A DNA stretch of 64,000 bases from Macrostomum lignano (GCA_002269645.1 NIVC01001280.1:248001-312000); one strand, 5' to 3'; positions 1 to 13,248 are shown, counted from the first letter of the stretch. Program-made: numbers and translations. The notes: a model not told the origin generated them from the letters alone.

Positions 1-936
1 GTGTCAAACAATACGTGCAGATGTACAATTAAATAGAATAATTAAATACCAATCACAACAACGGCAAACGACCTAAAAAAGCTCACACCGTCACATCTCA
101 ATTAAATATTTTTTGTATTTCACTGAAGTTGTCATTCTGTTAACTTTTTAAAGTAATTACCAAAATTTTTTTATTTGTTTCTATGATGCTTAAAATTTGC
201 TTTAACTTAAAAGTAAAAGCCGCACGATCCTATCATATCTTTTCAACTTTGTATAGTTATATTTTGGTGAAAGCTTTGCACTATTGAGAAATATTTAGTA
301 ATGGTGGCAGTTTAGCACCAAATTTTAATTTTCAAGCACCGGAAGTATCGGGTTTATCAAAAATTAACTTCCGTTACCTAACTTCCGTTACCGTCCAGTC
401 AGTCCAAAAAATCGGAAAAGGCCGCTCTTAAAAAAGTAACCTCTGGTACTAAAAGCGTCGGAAGTGCTGGAACTTTGCCCAACACTGCCTTTTCACTGTC
501 TATGGTTGGAAACACGAGCAGCAGAGATCGGAAGGCGGCAGGAGAAAAGTTAAATGCTTTTAGCCAATACGTAAAGTAAGCCAGTCCATCAACATTTTCT
601 CGATTACAGTAATGCTGCCACAGAGAGCATGGGTAACAAACACGGTGCTCGTAATTTTTTGCACACGTCCGCAAGCAAGAATGCCGTGAAAGAATCTGTC
701 TATGTCGTTATTGTCACCTTTTGTTGTTGCCGGATTTCTAGTCAATTCTTCTGTCTAGTGCACGTTGGAAGAGCAGTAAAGATAATCATCCAATCGTCTA
801 TATGGTAATCGGAAAGGACAGTAAAGGCGACTAACCTAACTGTCATAAATTAATTCTTTATGGATTTTGAGCTTTTTTTTCGAAATAGAAAAAGGAGCTA
901 TTATTCGCTAAGAAAAAATTCCTAGCTGAGAAATAT

Positions 937-1275
937 GTGGACTCTCCACGGAGAAGTTGGTTGGCTTTTGTCACACGAGAGTCAAGCAATCGCTTTGTTC
1001 TGGAGATTAACAATTTGGATGCGTCGTCCAATACCAAAGTGCTGCTTGAGCTAACTAGCAAAGATCTGCAAATGCTGGACCGGATTGAAAATGAATCTGT
1101 GCCGAAATCGACCAAGACTCAACGAAAACTTCACGTGGCCAGGTTCCGCCAGCTCTTCAATGAGAAAGGGGCTCTGCCAGGAGTTTAAGAGTGTACCGGC
1201 TTTTCTATTCGTCTCTTCGGAAGCAGGATGGAACATACTACGCGCCGATGTCTCTTATCTGTTCAACCATTTAAC
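937..1275 (+). pseudogene. Crypton-type (DUF3504) tyrosine recombinase N-terminal relic, copy A
   Basis: ORF 937-1188 gives ENESVPKSTKTQRKLHVARFRQ. A shifted frame at 1197-1262 reads RLFYSSLRKQDGTYYAPMSLIC, nearly the same as RFFYSTLRTKDERYYAPASLIC in ORF 55694-56215. This matches the N-terminal helical region of Crypton/KCTD1/ZMYM-type recombinases. Frameshifted and truncated. Confidence 0.75.
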
Positions 1276-2786
1276 GGCTCCTGGAATCCCCTTCCGTCAA
1301 TCGCCAGGTGAACATCATTACCGGATAATCAGTTCCGGAGGAAAAAAATTACTCCTTTGTTGCTTTTATTGTCATGTTTCAATTCTTTTCTACTCGTATA
1401 GCCTTCCGTTAATTTTCCGGCAACAATTTAAAACTGCCGGCAAACAATTGAGTTGTTACTGAGTCTTACTGCCGAAAACAATAAACAAAAGAGTACCATA
1501 TAACTAAAGGCGCGCACCAATGGCATGCACACTTGAATGTTTATGCAGTTTATAAACTCTGCGAAAAACATCAGAGAAAATATGATAGAAAACGAGCGAG
1601 GAAGATTTTAGTGGCAGTTTAAAGCTTAATTAAAGTTTATTTTACTTTCGACAGGCTTCAGCTTTAGACTCGGCTGCATCGAACTGCTGAGTCTGCAGTC
1701 TGCAACAGTGATGCAGTCGCACTTTTGTGAACTTGGTCGTCAGCTTCTTCCACAGGGAATCGCTGTGGATCTTGCAGGAAGGCAGTCGAACTCCCGCAAC
1801 GCAGAACGCATCCGGAAGGAGGACGGAAATTTGACTTTGGTGCAGAAAAGTCGTGATTTGTTGTTGAAACATTTTCTCTATCGTCTCGATCCCTGCACAA
1901 CACAAACGCAGCACGAGACCCGCAAAAGCATTTGGATGCCACTTCAGTTGGATGGAAATACCGCAGCCCGATCTGCAGTGAGCATTTTGCTGCAAGCATC
2001 GCATTCCAAAAATTGCTTATCAATTGCTTGGCAATGGATAAATATTCAGCTGTCCCAGTGCGTAACAACTATTTTCTTGCTGGCGCCGGTAGGGGCGAGA
2101 TATAGAAAATTCGTTGTCACGTGCTGCGACCGCGGATCCTTTGCATTGTTTTGCTGTTTGACGATAAAAATGCAAACAATGTACTTAACAACTCCTTTCA
2201 AAATTCAATTTATCTTTACTAATTCATCGCATTCACTTGGGTCAAATTGGAAGTCCCTGGAGGCAGTGGCAGCTGAAGGGCTCTTCTGAAATCTGTCAGT
2301 GTCTGTGGAAGGTCGCGGTAGGCTGCGATGAGCCGGCAACATCAACTGCAGCTGTGGTGCCGTCATTCTCACAGTTACCAGTGGATGAGCCTAATCAAAG
2401 AGAATAGAAAAAGACCTAGGAACTTAAAATCAACTTTAAGTAATACGAGTGCAAATAAAAGCTTATACTCGTAGAAATACACAACAGTGCCGAGCCCTGG
2501 GCACGCAGCTGCGCTCTCTTAGTTCCCTGAGTCAAAAACCGTGGCTATCATGTTCACCAGCCGCCGAAACGGGAGGATCGAACCGCTTGGATCGAACGGG
2601 GCAAACCCGCTACCATGGAAAAAAAACCAGATGTCCCCCGCCGCCTCTGGTGGATTTACACTGCCATCGTGAGACCGGCCATCTCTTTCGCCGGCTTCAT
2701 TTAGAACAGTGCCCTAGAAGTGAAAGGGGAACGTTCTTGTCGAGCTATCATGATCGCGACTCCCCTACGTCCTTTGCTGGTATGAA

Positions 2787-2829
2787 CAAGGACTACTTAA
2801 GTATATATACGTTACTTTAGTCGTCCTTG
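2787..2829. mobile_element. 43-bp micro-MITE with CAAGGAC...GTCCTTG termini and 8-bp TSD
   Basis: Sequence caaggactacttaagtatatatacgttactttagtcgtccttg, flanked by exact GGTATGAA at 2779-2786 and 2830-2837. Same termini as the MITEs at 5785 and 48036. Confidence 0.85.
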
Positions 2830-2839
2830 GGTATGAATT

Positions 2840-4070
2840 GTCAAAGGGGAGGCAATAAAGACCACCCGCCGTCTGCCTGACGCGGGTGTCGTCATCCAGA
2901 AGCAGTTCGCCTTCAGAAATCAGAACCTCCGGCCGCTCATCAACCTCCGCCTGCGAGACCTGGAGTCAGCTGGAGGCTTACTGACCCTCTCAGACGGAAT
3001 CCCGTCCCCGCTCTGCCCTCCGCTTGGATTCAAAACCAGCATTCCACCACGTCACGAAGCAAAGGACAGCTGGAAACCCCATCAAATCCACTGCTTCACT
3101 AACGGGTCCCAAATCAACTCCGCCTCTGGTTAGGGCGACTGCATTGTGGATGGAAGGAGAACCCTGGTGTCCTTCTCCCAGCACACCCTTTACCCTTTTC
3201 AAGAACAAAGTTCTCGCCATCAGATCCTGCGCCATGGAGCTGTACAATCGGCGTGTCTGGCGGAAGGAGATTAACTTCCACTCGGACAGTCAAGCGGCGA
3301 TTCTCGCCATTCAGCGCACTACCATCTACTGCTGGCGCACAATCCCCGACTGCAGCGGGCAGCTTAACCGCTTAGGCGCCTCCAACATGGTATTCCCAAG
3401 GTGGATCCTCGGGCACTCGGGACACCCTGGCAACGAGTTGGCCGATCGCCTGGCCAAGGTTATCTCGACCGGTTCTTTTTCTGGTCCCCTGCCCGTGGCC
3501 CCCACCCCAACCGCCGTTGTCGCCACTTGGATTAACCTATGAGTGGCTTCAAAGCTCAGGAAAAGGTGGGCTAACGCCCCCGACTGCCACCAATCTCGCG
3601 CGGGATTCCCCCGCCATCCGCAGGGCCCTGCTTGGACTCAACCGGAGGGACATCAGGGCGGTGACCATGGCCCTCTCAGGACATGGCTGTTTTGCCAGGC
3701 ATCGTCACCTCCAAGGAAAAATCCGTAGCGAGGAATGCCCATTCTGCCTCTCGAGAATGCGGGGGACTTCATCTGTGAACTGTCCCGCCTTTACTCAGGA
3801 CAGGCTCACCTACCTCGGCCCAAACCTGGATCTCTTTCAGGTCCGAGAATCTCAGACAGCTCGTACGCTACCTAAGGGCGAGCGACCATCCACCTCCTGG
3901 ACTCCTCCGGAAGGGGATCTCGCTGCGGACACCGGGACCACCGGATCTCCCGACAACCGGGAGTTATCCGCGACACCGCAGAACTAGCTGCTTGTGGTCG
4001 CCAGAGGTTGGCGGAATGGGCGGCGAAGCCTCCTAGCTGCTGTATCCGGATGCTAAGTCACGTAAGTTGG
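2840..4070 (+). mobile_element. 3' fragment of an RNase H-containing non-LTR retrotransposon (I/Loa/R1-like group), degenerate
   Basis: RNase H motifs INFHSDSQAAILAI and WILGHSGHPGNELADRLAK (ORF 3024-3542). C-terminal LSGHGCFARH...EECPFC (ORF 3517-3987). 3' UTR motif GCGGAATGGGCG...GCTAAGTCA at 4011-4060. Stops and frameshifts present. Confidence 0.85.
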
Positions 4071-4510
4071 GCAGCCGAGTTTTTAGGTCTTTGAAAACAT
4101 CGGGCTAACTCATTTCTAGCAACACAAATAAAATGAAACAGACAAAGCAGCCATTCCAATCACAAAAATTGGATACAAAGAGCGGATAGTAGTGAAATGA
4201 CTGGATCGGATCCGTTTATATATTTGCAGTTTCGACTTTATTAAAATTTTATTGCTGACCAGTCAGTTCACTTTTTTGTTTTTTTTCTCATAAATAAAAC
4301 AAACATGAATACCATGCTATTCAATGGTATATGTATCTTATATGTGCATCATATACATACAAAAATGTACGCTCGTATGTGTATAAAAACTCGTAGCTCA
4401 GAAAGTTTTTGCCCGAAAAAATACGCAACAACATGCGAACTCGTACATATACATACCCTTCAAATAGTTGTCAATTCAGTCCGAGAGAGGCAAAATATCA
4501 GTTTAAACTC

Positions 4511-7085
4511 TCATTTTTTCTTGCTTTTTACGCTTCTCGCGGAGGCGTTTCCCTTCTTCTTTCCTGACTTTTTCGACGACGGCCGGCTGTAGGCATCTAG
4601 CAGTAGTGTGGCCAGACCTAGCAAATTAATGATAAATGTTTTCGCCAGTTAAAATTAATATGGAGAAAAAGAAAAGTAAGGAGCTGCCAGTGAATAATAC
4701 TCAGTGAGTAACTTACTAAGAGATTTTAGAATATAAAAAGGACAGTTATAACTCGCGTCGAGTATAATTTCAACGGTTCCATGGGATACAAGCACAAGCA
4801 GTGTACCATAATTCAAGAAAGCCGTAGCCTATCTACGAGTATCTAGCCTATCGTAGCAAAGGGTTCGTAATTTTCAGGAATGGCCCCCATCGATTATGGA
4901 AAGACCAGGAATATTTTTTATTATTTAGCATCTCAAGCTTTCAATAATGCACAGTTCGATCTTAGATGCCACACAGAAGCAATAAAAGCAATGAACCAAA
5001 AAAAACTTTGCCATTTCGCCATTTTAGCTTTAGCTTAATTTTTCTTATCGCCCCTTCTCTTTCTCTGATTTATTAATAAAAGTTTCTCATGATTTTTTCA
5101 AACACAGCTAAATTAGATTTCAGCGAAAATCTATGCGCTAAGATGAATCGTAACTTTGTGACAACAGCATTTGGAATATCAAAAGCTTTATAAAATTTCA
5201 AAAAGTTTAGTATCTTACTTGTGTATGCAATTTTTCCCTCATTTACGTTGGCGTCTTTCAACAGCTCGGTGATTTCAGCTTCATCAAGCACTTCTCCAAG
5301 ACTCATCAACCGCATCCTCATCTCGTCTGCCCCGATCACTCCCGTTTCTCCTTTGTCGAAGGTGCTCAAAGCAGCTGAGATCTCTTCTAACAGTAGATCT
5401 CTGCTTGTCCAGTTGTCTCGCATTATGACGCAGAACTCTTCGAAGTCAATTGCTGGAACAGCAGCTGAAATTAATTTTGTAAGAGCAACTTGATTTAGTT
5501 TCACAGCGTCGAGGAAATGTAGCCTTAAGTTAGATCGCTTCAGACCTGGGTCAGCATCATCTTCACGCTGGTGTTCAGCCATGATTTTTTTGAGCTCCGC
5601 TTCCGTGGGACACTGGTTATTTAAGCGCAGCGCGACGCCAATTAGATTCAGTGGCAGCAAACCGCTCTTTTTGGAGCTTAGTTGGTTAAAGGTCTCCCTG
5701 AGTGCTGTATAATATAAGTTGGTGTGGTTTTTTATAGTTTAATTTCAACCTGATAACTCAACGTGAACACGTACATGTACGCTACAAGGACTTACTCAAG
5801 TAACATGTATATAGGACGCTACACTCGAAATCTTTGGTAAATGTTTTGAAGGCAACTTTTCGCCGAAAAATACACTACAGAGATAGGAGGTTTTAATTTT
5901 TCAGCACAAAAATTGTTATTGCTTTTGATAGGAGGCAGATCCAGTGTTCATCTTTTGATATGTTGTGCCTTTCTTATTGCTCTATCAATATTCATAAAGC
6001 TTTTCATATTTATAAAGCTTTAAAACTTGAAAAAACGTTTAAAATAATGACAAGACCAATTTAACATGAAAAATCGATTAATGCGTCGTTAGAGCAGCAT
6101 GTGAGGCACAAAATAGTGTGATTAGGACTTTCTCTGACTTTCTCTGGCGCCGTCGGCGACTCCAGCTCGCAGGCCATCTCATCCGCGCCGAGTCGTACTG
6201 CCCACAGCCGGTGCAGGAGGTGCTGCTGCTCACGCTGCAGGCACCCTACCGGCGAGGTCAAGCGCGAACTCGGCGTTATGTCGACTGCCTGCTGGCTGAC
6301 GCCGGCGCCCCGGACACTGCCGGTGGCGCGGCCTTTGTTCGCGCCCAAGCCATGAAGCGCGCCCTGTGACGCTGACTTTTACCATCATGACAGCGTATTT
6401 TGTTGTTGTTGTTTGTCTGACACTGTTACGAGTAAGAGACCCAATCACTGTTTTAGTGTTGAAAATCGAGAAATTTCCTATCTCCGTAGTGTATTTTTCC
6501 GGTGAAACCTGCCTTTAAAACTATTTCTGAACGAAAAGCTTTATGAATATTGATAGGGCAATAAGAAAGGCAAAACATATCAAAATATGAACACTGGATC
6601 TGCCTCCTATCAAAAGCAATAACAATTTTTGTGCTGAAAAATTAAAACCTCCTATCTCTGTAGTGTATTTTTCGGCGAAAAGTTGCCTTCAAAACATTTA
6701 CGATAGAAATTTCGAGTGTTGCGTCCTTCTACTTAAGTTGTCCTTGGTACGCTATCTAGCTGTACAAAGGATCAAATGATTTTTTGTAATCCTTGAAAAT
6801 GAAATGTTTTATGTTGGGGATTCCGTCACTGAAATAGTACATAATATTATGCATGTATGCATATCATTTTTTCATAAGCAACTGCTTTAGCATACCCATC
6901 TATTTTAAAATATGACATTCACAATAAAACCTTAAAGAAAAAAATGGGATATGACCTTTTTCTGTGACCTCTCCACTGCGCATAGTTGATACAGTTGTCG
7001 ACGCGCGCTGAGATTTAGCAGAGGCTTTGCCAGTTGCACCTGCCAATCTACTGCCGGTTGCTGAGCTTGCCTTGCTTGTCGCCAT
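4511..7085 (-). CDS. Calmodulin/centrin-like EF-hand protein with Lys-rich tail, 4 exons (~213 aa)
   Basis: Manual model complement(join(4511..4617,5219..5464,5546..5704,6956..7085)) = 642 nt, all GT-AG introns, frame-consistent. Contains LRETFNQL, CPTEAELKKIM, IDFEEFCVIM, ALSTFDKGETGVIGADEMR, LGEVLDEAEITELLKDA; ends SKKSGKKKGNASARSVKSKKK. First and last exons are less certain. Confidence 0.8.
5785..6746. mobile_element. Non-autonomous DNA transposon (CAAGG...CCTTG termini, long TIRs, 8-bp TSD), in intron 1 of the EF-hand gene
   Basis: ~250-bp inverted arms (5785-6060 vs ~6450-6746). Exact TSD GTACGCTA at 5777-5784 and 6747-6754. Confidence 0.85.
6135..6420 (+). mobile_element. RTE-clade LINE 3' fragment nested in the MITE
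   Basis: RRRRLQLAGHLIRAESYCPQPVQEVLLL...AMKRAL is nearly identical to the C-terminus of ORF 42931-43791. Followed by a (TTG)n tail. Confidence 0.85.
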
Positions 7086-9818
7086 AAGCACAGAAGCCTT
7101 TTAAAAATTTATTTGAGAAGAATGCAAAGTATCGGCAGACAAAACAAGTCTTTAGTATTGGAGAGAGTAAGACAACAATACAATTTTGGGTTTGAATCGT
7201 GGCGGGCAGCTAACTTCACATCCTCCATTAATCCCAAGTAACTCTCATACCTTCTCATATTTTCTGCCTTTTGCACTGAGCAGCAGGTGGAAACAAGTGC
7301 AATTCACATCCCTTCCCCAAAGTTCCAAAACCCAGTCCTCTCTGTTTTCTCTACCCTCTAATTCTCGGTTTCCAAGCAACTCTAAAAATTTATGCAGCGT
7401 TTGTACATCCGATCCAGCCCATCCCATATTCAATACCCGTTTAAGCTTCTGCGAGCTTCAGATGCTTGTACGCACTCGTAAATGTACATAAATGTACAAG
7501 AAGGGAGGATTCAAACGCGGGCTGTCTTCATGGACCCCATCTCTCTATAGCTCAGAGAAACTAAAGCTTTTGCGCGGGCGTACATGTACGCAAGCTGCAG
7601 GAAATCTGTAGGACTGAAAGACAGTAGGACTTACATGTAAATCTCAGCAATTTTAAAATCGTCAATATCCGAGTAGTACACCCAGTGATAGGCAACTCCT
7701 TTCTTTATTAATTCATTCAGTGACATGTACAAACTTGGTGACACTAAACCAAGGACCACTAGAAGTTACCGCTGTATCAGGACATAACACTCGCCAAATA
7801 TTGCAAAATTATTTGAAGGCCTGCCTGTTTGCATTGCAGCTAAACTTTGAGGCTCATAACTCCGGATTAATTGCACTTAGAATGATAATTTTTCGCCAAT
7901 TTGTTTACAATTTGTTCTCTTTAATATGATGAAAAGTTTGGCGCTATATCTATCTACATGTGGGAACGGCAGGCTTACAGTGAAGTAATGGCTATACACA
8001 ATAATATCGGTCGAGCAACTAGCGAGCTATGGATTAACGTCAACAACAAGACTGTCTGCTTTAATGATGAGGCCGTGCCGTTCGTTTCACCAACAGCTCG
8101 AAAATTCGGATGGTGACCGGCACCCTGGTGGCCCGCATTGAGTGCAAAAAATCAACGTCCCCGCTAGGGGTGAGAAGCTGGTCTGGCTGCTAGTGAGGTC
8201 AAAAGATGAGCAGGGCGTTTTCGATCCGAATGCAGAGTTTACTCAGGAGACCGGTCCGCTGGCATCGCGAGTTCTCCGCGCCTTGTCTGCCGATCAGAGG
8301 ATTCCTGTTTTCATGTGCAATCTGGGATCCGAGGCTTGACTTAATTGACTTAGCTGCAGGGTGGTCCGTAGACACAGTGGGGAGTCGAGGATCGCACGCC
8401 CATTCCGCTAGCCCCTGAAGGCCCGCAGACAGGCAGAGGCGTGGGGCCGGTCAGGGTGGTCCGCCGGTCCGTCCTAAAACGTTATCTTCCGTGGGGAAGA
8501 CAGTGGCTTGTCTTGTCGCCCGAAGGAACTGGATGAGCCGTACGGATGCTGTCCGGCTGGCAGACCTCGTCAATGGACGGGTTTGGCCCGAGGTAGCGTA
8601 GACGGTCGCTGGTAAGTAAGGGCAGTGATAAACAAAGTACTGACAGTGACAAACAAAGTGCTAAAGTACAAACAAAAGGTAGTCATGGCCGGTAAAGGTC
8701 ATGACAAGGGCTCGAATGTCCTTCCGATTTTGGTTCAGAATGGCGTTTCTGAGCCTGCGACAGGGGCACGGAACCGCAGCACGTGATTGCCGGCAGTTTT
8801 GGGTGCCCGCCCATCTGTCCCTGTGAAGGGAATCAGGCCAATCATCGATCTGACGAGCAGGGCCAAGCAAAGAGCCAGAGCCGCCCCTCTTGGCGAGTGT
8901 CTGCCAACTCGTTTCCCGGAAACCCTGCGTGCCCTGGGATCCACTTCAGCCTGACAGTATTGCTACTGGCCAGGAGGCTGAGCTGCTGGGTGCAGTCAGC
9001 GACTGTCCGGGAGTTCGTAGTGGTGTGTCAAAGGGCCTGTTAGGCCGCCTGGCTGTCAGAGTGGATGACGATAGTCTCTCCTCTCGTACCCCTGGCTTTC
9101 AGCTCTGCGGGGCAGGAGCTGATAGCAAGGACTTCGTTCTGGAAGACCGTGGAGAGTCTGCCAGTGTGCTGGGCATGCGTGGCAATGACGCGGTCGTTGA
9201 TGATGATGCAGACCCCAAAGCCGGTGTGGCGGTGTAACAATGGACCTCCTGGAAATTCCAGTGGTCAGTGGCAGCATCACATGAGGGGAGGGGATGGTGA
9301 CCTTGTAGCGCTGAGGCTGAGAGTGCGGGTTCATCGTCAGACAAGATCGTGGAGCCCGCTGCCGTCTCTCAAGTCTTTGAGGCAGAAGTCGGCGTGAGGC
9401 CGGAGCTTGCGCTTAGCTATGGCCCTATGGGGCAGGAAACAAATGCCAGCGTCATAAGGTGGGCAGTCTTAGCTGCTTCCTTAAAGACAAAGATGTCTAG
9501 CGCGCTGGGGAATGTTGAGGAAGGCGTTGAGGCCATCGTATGGAGCAGACGGGGGGGGGGCGCTGATGATCATGCAGCATGCACGCTCTTGCGCTCTCCT
9601 GAGTGTTTCCAGGCAAGTCTTCATCTGAAAGGCGCTAGACCAGATCAGGCCGCCGTACGAGGTAAGCAGGCCTAACCATTTCAATGTGTAGTGCAGTGTA
9701 GTGTAGTGTAGATTCACCAGAGGCGCTTGGGGTGAGGCCCAAGGTGGTGCCGGCAGCCCTGCGCAGCTGCGCGAGGACTGCGAGGGCTCTCTTGGCTTTT
9801 GCTTGAACGTGGGGTGAC

Positions 9819-12800
9819 CATGGATGAATAATATAACTGAATCGCCAGAAGCTCGATTTTTTTGGTCCTAGCCATAGAGAAGCACCAGCATCACAAGAAG
9901 CTCAGAATGCCGTACTTTCACACATAGACAAATAGCCGCTGCAGAAGCTGCAAACCTTTATTTATGAAGTATTCTATTGATATTTTATGTCCAAGCACAT
10001 GCTCGCAATATATGCAGGGCGGCAAAAGATGGCTTCGCGAGATGAATAAGGACGTCAGAATTTGTGCTGCAATCGGATGCCTATCCAAAAGTGGACAAGG
10101 CACGAAACCTGTCACCCTTTTTTCTTATCCAATCGGTGATCCGTATCGACTAGCGCAGTGGAACAGCAATGTGCAAGCAAAGCCACATTTCAAATTCGGA
10201 GCTCGTAAGTTCCTTTGTGAGCTGCACTTCGAACAGCGAGACATGCAGGCTCATGGGAGGAGCAAGCGACTGATGACTGGCGCAGTTCCGAAGCTTGAGT
10301 GGACTAAGCTTGAACCGCTAGAGCTCACTGACTTCCACGATCCAAACTCTTATGCAAACGAAGCTACTGGAGACTGTGAGCTTGAGATGCCGATGCCTGT
10401 CAGTTGCAGCGCGGCAACCATACGCACATCAGTTGACCCACCACCAAACACCCGACAGCGCCTGTTGATGCGGCTGAAGCACAAGAAGCGCACGATTAAG
10501 ACTTTTGGTCGACGCGTTGCAAAATGGAAAAGTACCGAAGCGACCTTAAAACATGTAAAGCAAATGTTGACTTCTGAAGGTCTCAAGCTGTTTTCTTTAC
10601 GACCACGAAATACCACAGGTGGTTTCAATAACCACGTCAAAGACTTAGCCGAGAGGATCAACTTCTGCTCTCCAAAAGCATATCGAGAGTTGAGAAAATT
10701 CATGCACCTCCCTTCGCCGTCAACCTTGCGGTCTTGGATTGGAGCAGTGGATGGCAGGCCTTGCATTTCCATTGCTGGAGTCAAGAAGGTTGGAGCCCTA
10801 TCGAAACAGATCTTCGATGGCGTCGCTTGCAACGACTGGACTCTAGTCATTGATGGCATGCATCTTCGAAAGGAGTTGTGTTGGGAAGCTAGCGAAGGAA
10901 GAGTGGTCGGCTATTGTGACTCAGGGATCCATGAAAAATTAGGTCACAAACTTGCGTCTGAGGTAATCGTTGTCATGGCCTGCCATCTTCAGCGCCCGTG
11001 GAAAGTGCCAGTTGCGTACATTTTGGCCGCTGCAACATCCCCAGTTCAACAAGTGGAGCTTTTGACGCGTACTATTAGCGCACTGAACGATGAGGGCGTC
11101 GTTGTACGCGCGCTCGTGTCGGACGGTTGCTCTGCGAACCTTGCGACGTACAGGAAACTTGGAGCTGAGCTGCCGTCTAGTCCTTATTTCCGAATCGGTT
11201 TGCAACCAGATCGCATATTTGCATTCATTGACAACAGTCATTTGATAAAGTTGGTGCGCAATTCGCTGGCCGATTTGGGAGTATTCGTTGTTCACGATCG
11301 CATCATCAACTGGCACTATCTGGAACTATTGCACAATCTGCAAGAAGCTGAGGGGGTTCGAATCGGAAATCGGCTGACAAAGAAATGTATTGAATTGTGG
11401 CAGCGACACAAGATGAAGGTCTGCTTGGCTGCACAGACAATCAGTTCGTCCGTCGCTGACGCTCTCACATTCCTAAAGGAGCTTGGAGTTTCGGATTTCC
11501 AAAATTTTGATGAAACGGTCCGCTTTATTGCATTGATGGACCATCTGTTCGACATCTTCAACTCGAGATGAGCCGGTATATTAAACCAAAAAGCATAAAG
11601 ACGCGCAATCATGGCCTTTAAATTTGCATCCGTTTTTTGCAGGACTCCGTCGGCGTCAGGCTGGAAAGGTCCCATTTGGAAGTCGCAAGCAAGCCTTTCG
11701 ACGACATTCGCGTTTCTCGATGAGGCGCGCGACTACATTCGCAGCCTCTACACGATTAATGGCGTACCGCTGATTGAGAGTCGGCGAAAAACATGGGCTG
11801 TAGGATATTGCAACAATATCACAGCCCTGAAGCTGTTACTTCATGACATTTTCTATCAGCCGTCTGATTGCCTTAAGTACCTCCTGACGTACCGTTTATG
11901 CCAAGACCCGCTGGAACACTTCTTTGGTGAGATTCGTCAGAGAGGTGGTTTTAATAACAATCCGAACGTTCAGCAGTTCAGGTACGCTTATCGGGCGATT
12001 TTGGCGCACAGGACTGGATCTGTCGGGCACTGGTCCCTCTCGACACAGATTTCACCTCCGCCTGGACTCTCCACCTCTGCTTCTGCCAGTGTACAAGATG
12101 AAATCGAAGATCCACCGCAATTAGCACTCAGCCTCATTAGCCAGAATGTCGGCTGCTACATCGCTGGATTCATTGGCAGATGGTTTACAAACAGACTGTC
12201 TTGCGAAAACTGCAAGGCATCTCTTCATTGCGAGATGCACACCAACCTGCTTACTTACTCTCAAAGATCGCGGTCGTCTTTTTCGACCATCAGCATCACT
12301 TTGCCGACTGGCGAACATTTGCGAGTCGGCTGTGAAAGGAGTCAGAACTGACGAACTGTCTCTAGACATACTCGATCGTCTACTTCCAATCTGCATCCAA
12401 CAGGGTATCGAGTTGTCACTCTTCGCTCACGTTTGCAGCAATGGAGCACCCGAAGAAAACCATCAATATTTTCTAGTGCAGGCGATTTCTAAGAAATATC
12501 TTTGCATTAGGTTGCGGCATGTACTTCGGAGGCTTAATGCTGTGAATACAACAACTGTGCGTCAGATGCTAAAAAAAAAATATTTTCATGGATCAGTGAC
12601 TTCAAATTAGCATTGTGCGGGTGACGCCTTGAATTTATTGTCTTTACTTGACGACTTATTTGTTTGCTTGCAACTCATTTGGCTGTTTGTTTTCGCCTTT
12701 TATTGTTTGTGCTGTGGGTTGAGCACAGCAAACTTATTGCGAGCTTCACTTGTATTTTCGAGCTTAATTCAGTTCATTTTTGTCTATGGCTGTGTAGGCA

Positions 12801-13248
12801 GCTAACGGCTGCGTGAGCCAGTAAAGCTCGACTCTCTTAAACATAAGTAATAAATTTGAGAAAAGCTGAAAGCCCAAGAGCTCCAAAAGAACTTAACAAT
12901 TCAAGAGCGGTCTTTGCGCATCACGGTCTCCAAAAGCATAATACGAAAAGTATAACAGTTTGTTTGTTTGCTGTCTGTCTACGTGCTTGTTTGCTTACTT
13001 GCCTACTTTCGTGTCTATTTTGTATTAATTCCTTTACATATTCGTTTTCTTCTTTGCTTGCCTTCACATTTGAAATATTTTCACTTATCCTACTAAGTAT
13101 ACTTATAAATAAAGGTTTGCAGCTTCTGCAGCGGCTATTTGTCTATGTGTGAAAGTACGGCATTCTGAGCTTCTTGTGATGCTGTTGCTTGTCTATGGCT
13201 AGGACCAAAAAAATCGAGGTTCTGGCCATCCCGTTATATTCATCCATG
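9819..13248 (+). mobile_element. P-element superfamily DNA transposon, near full length (3430 bp)
   Basis: Termini CATGGATGAATA / TATATTCATCCATG, ~150-bp TIRs (9819-~9970 and ~13103-13248), exact 8-bp TSD GGGGTGAC at 9811-9818 and 13249-13256. Encodes a THAP-domain transposase. Confidence 0.95.
9964..12610 (+). pseudogene. THAP-domain P-element (THAP9-like) transposase with disrupted reading frame
   Basis: THAP domain CAAIGC...FLCELHF...GAVP. Catalytic-region motifs LVIDGMHLRK, LVSDG, DNSHLIKLVRN, CQDPLEHFFGEIRQRGGFNNNP. In-frame TGA at 11569 inside an intron-like 75-nt segment (11568-11642). A TTAC duplication near 12250-12257 shifts the frame, and an A-run frameshift occurs near 12570-12580. 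Confidence 0.9.

Noticed and set aside
399-2289. ORFs 399-745 (-), 1642-2068 (-) and 1708-2289 (+)
   Set aside because: No recognisable motif or consistent splice structure; left unannotated.
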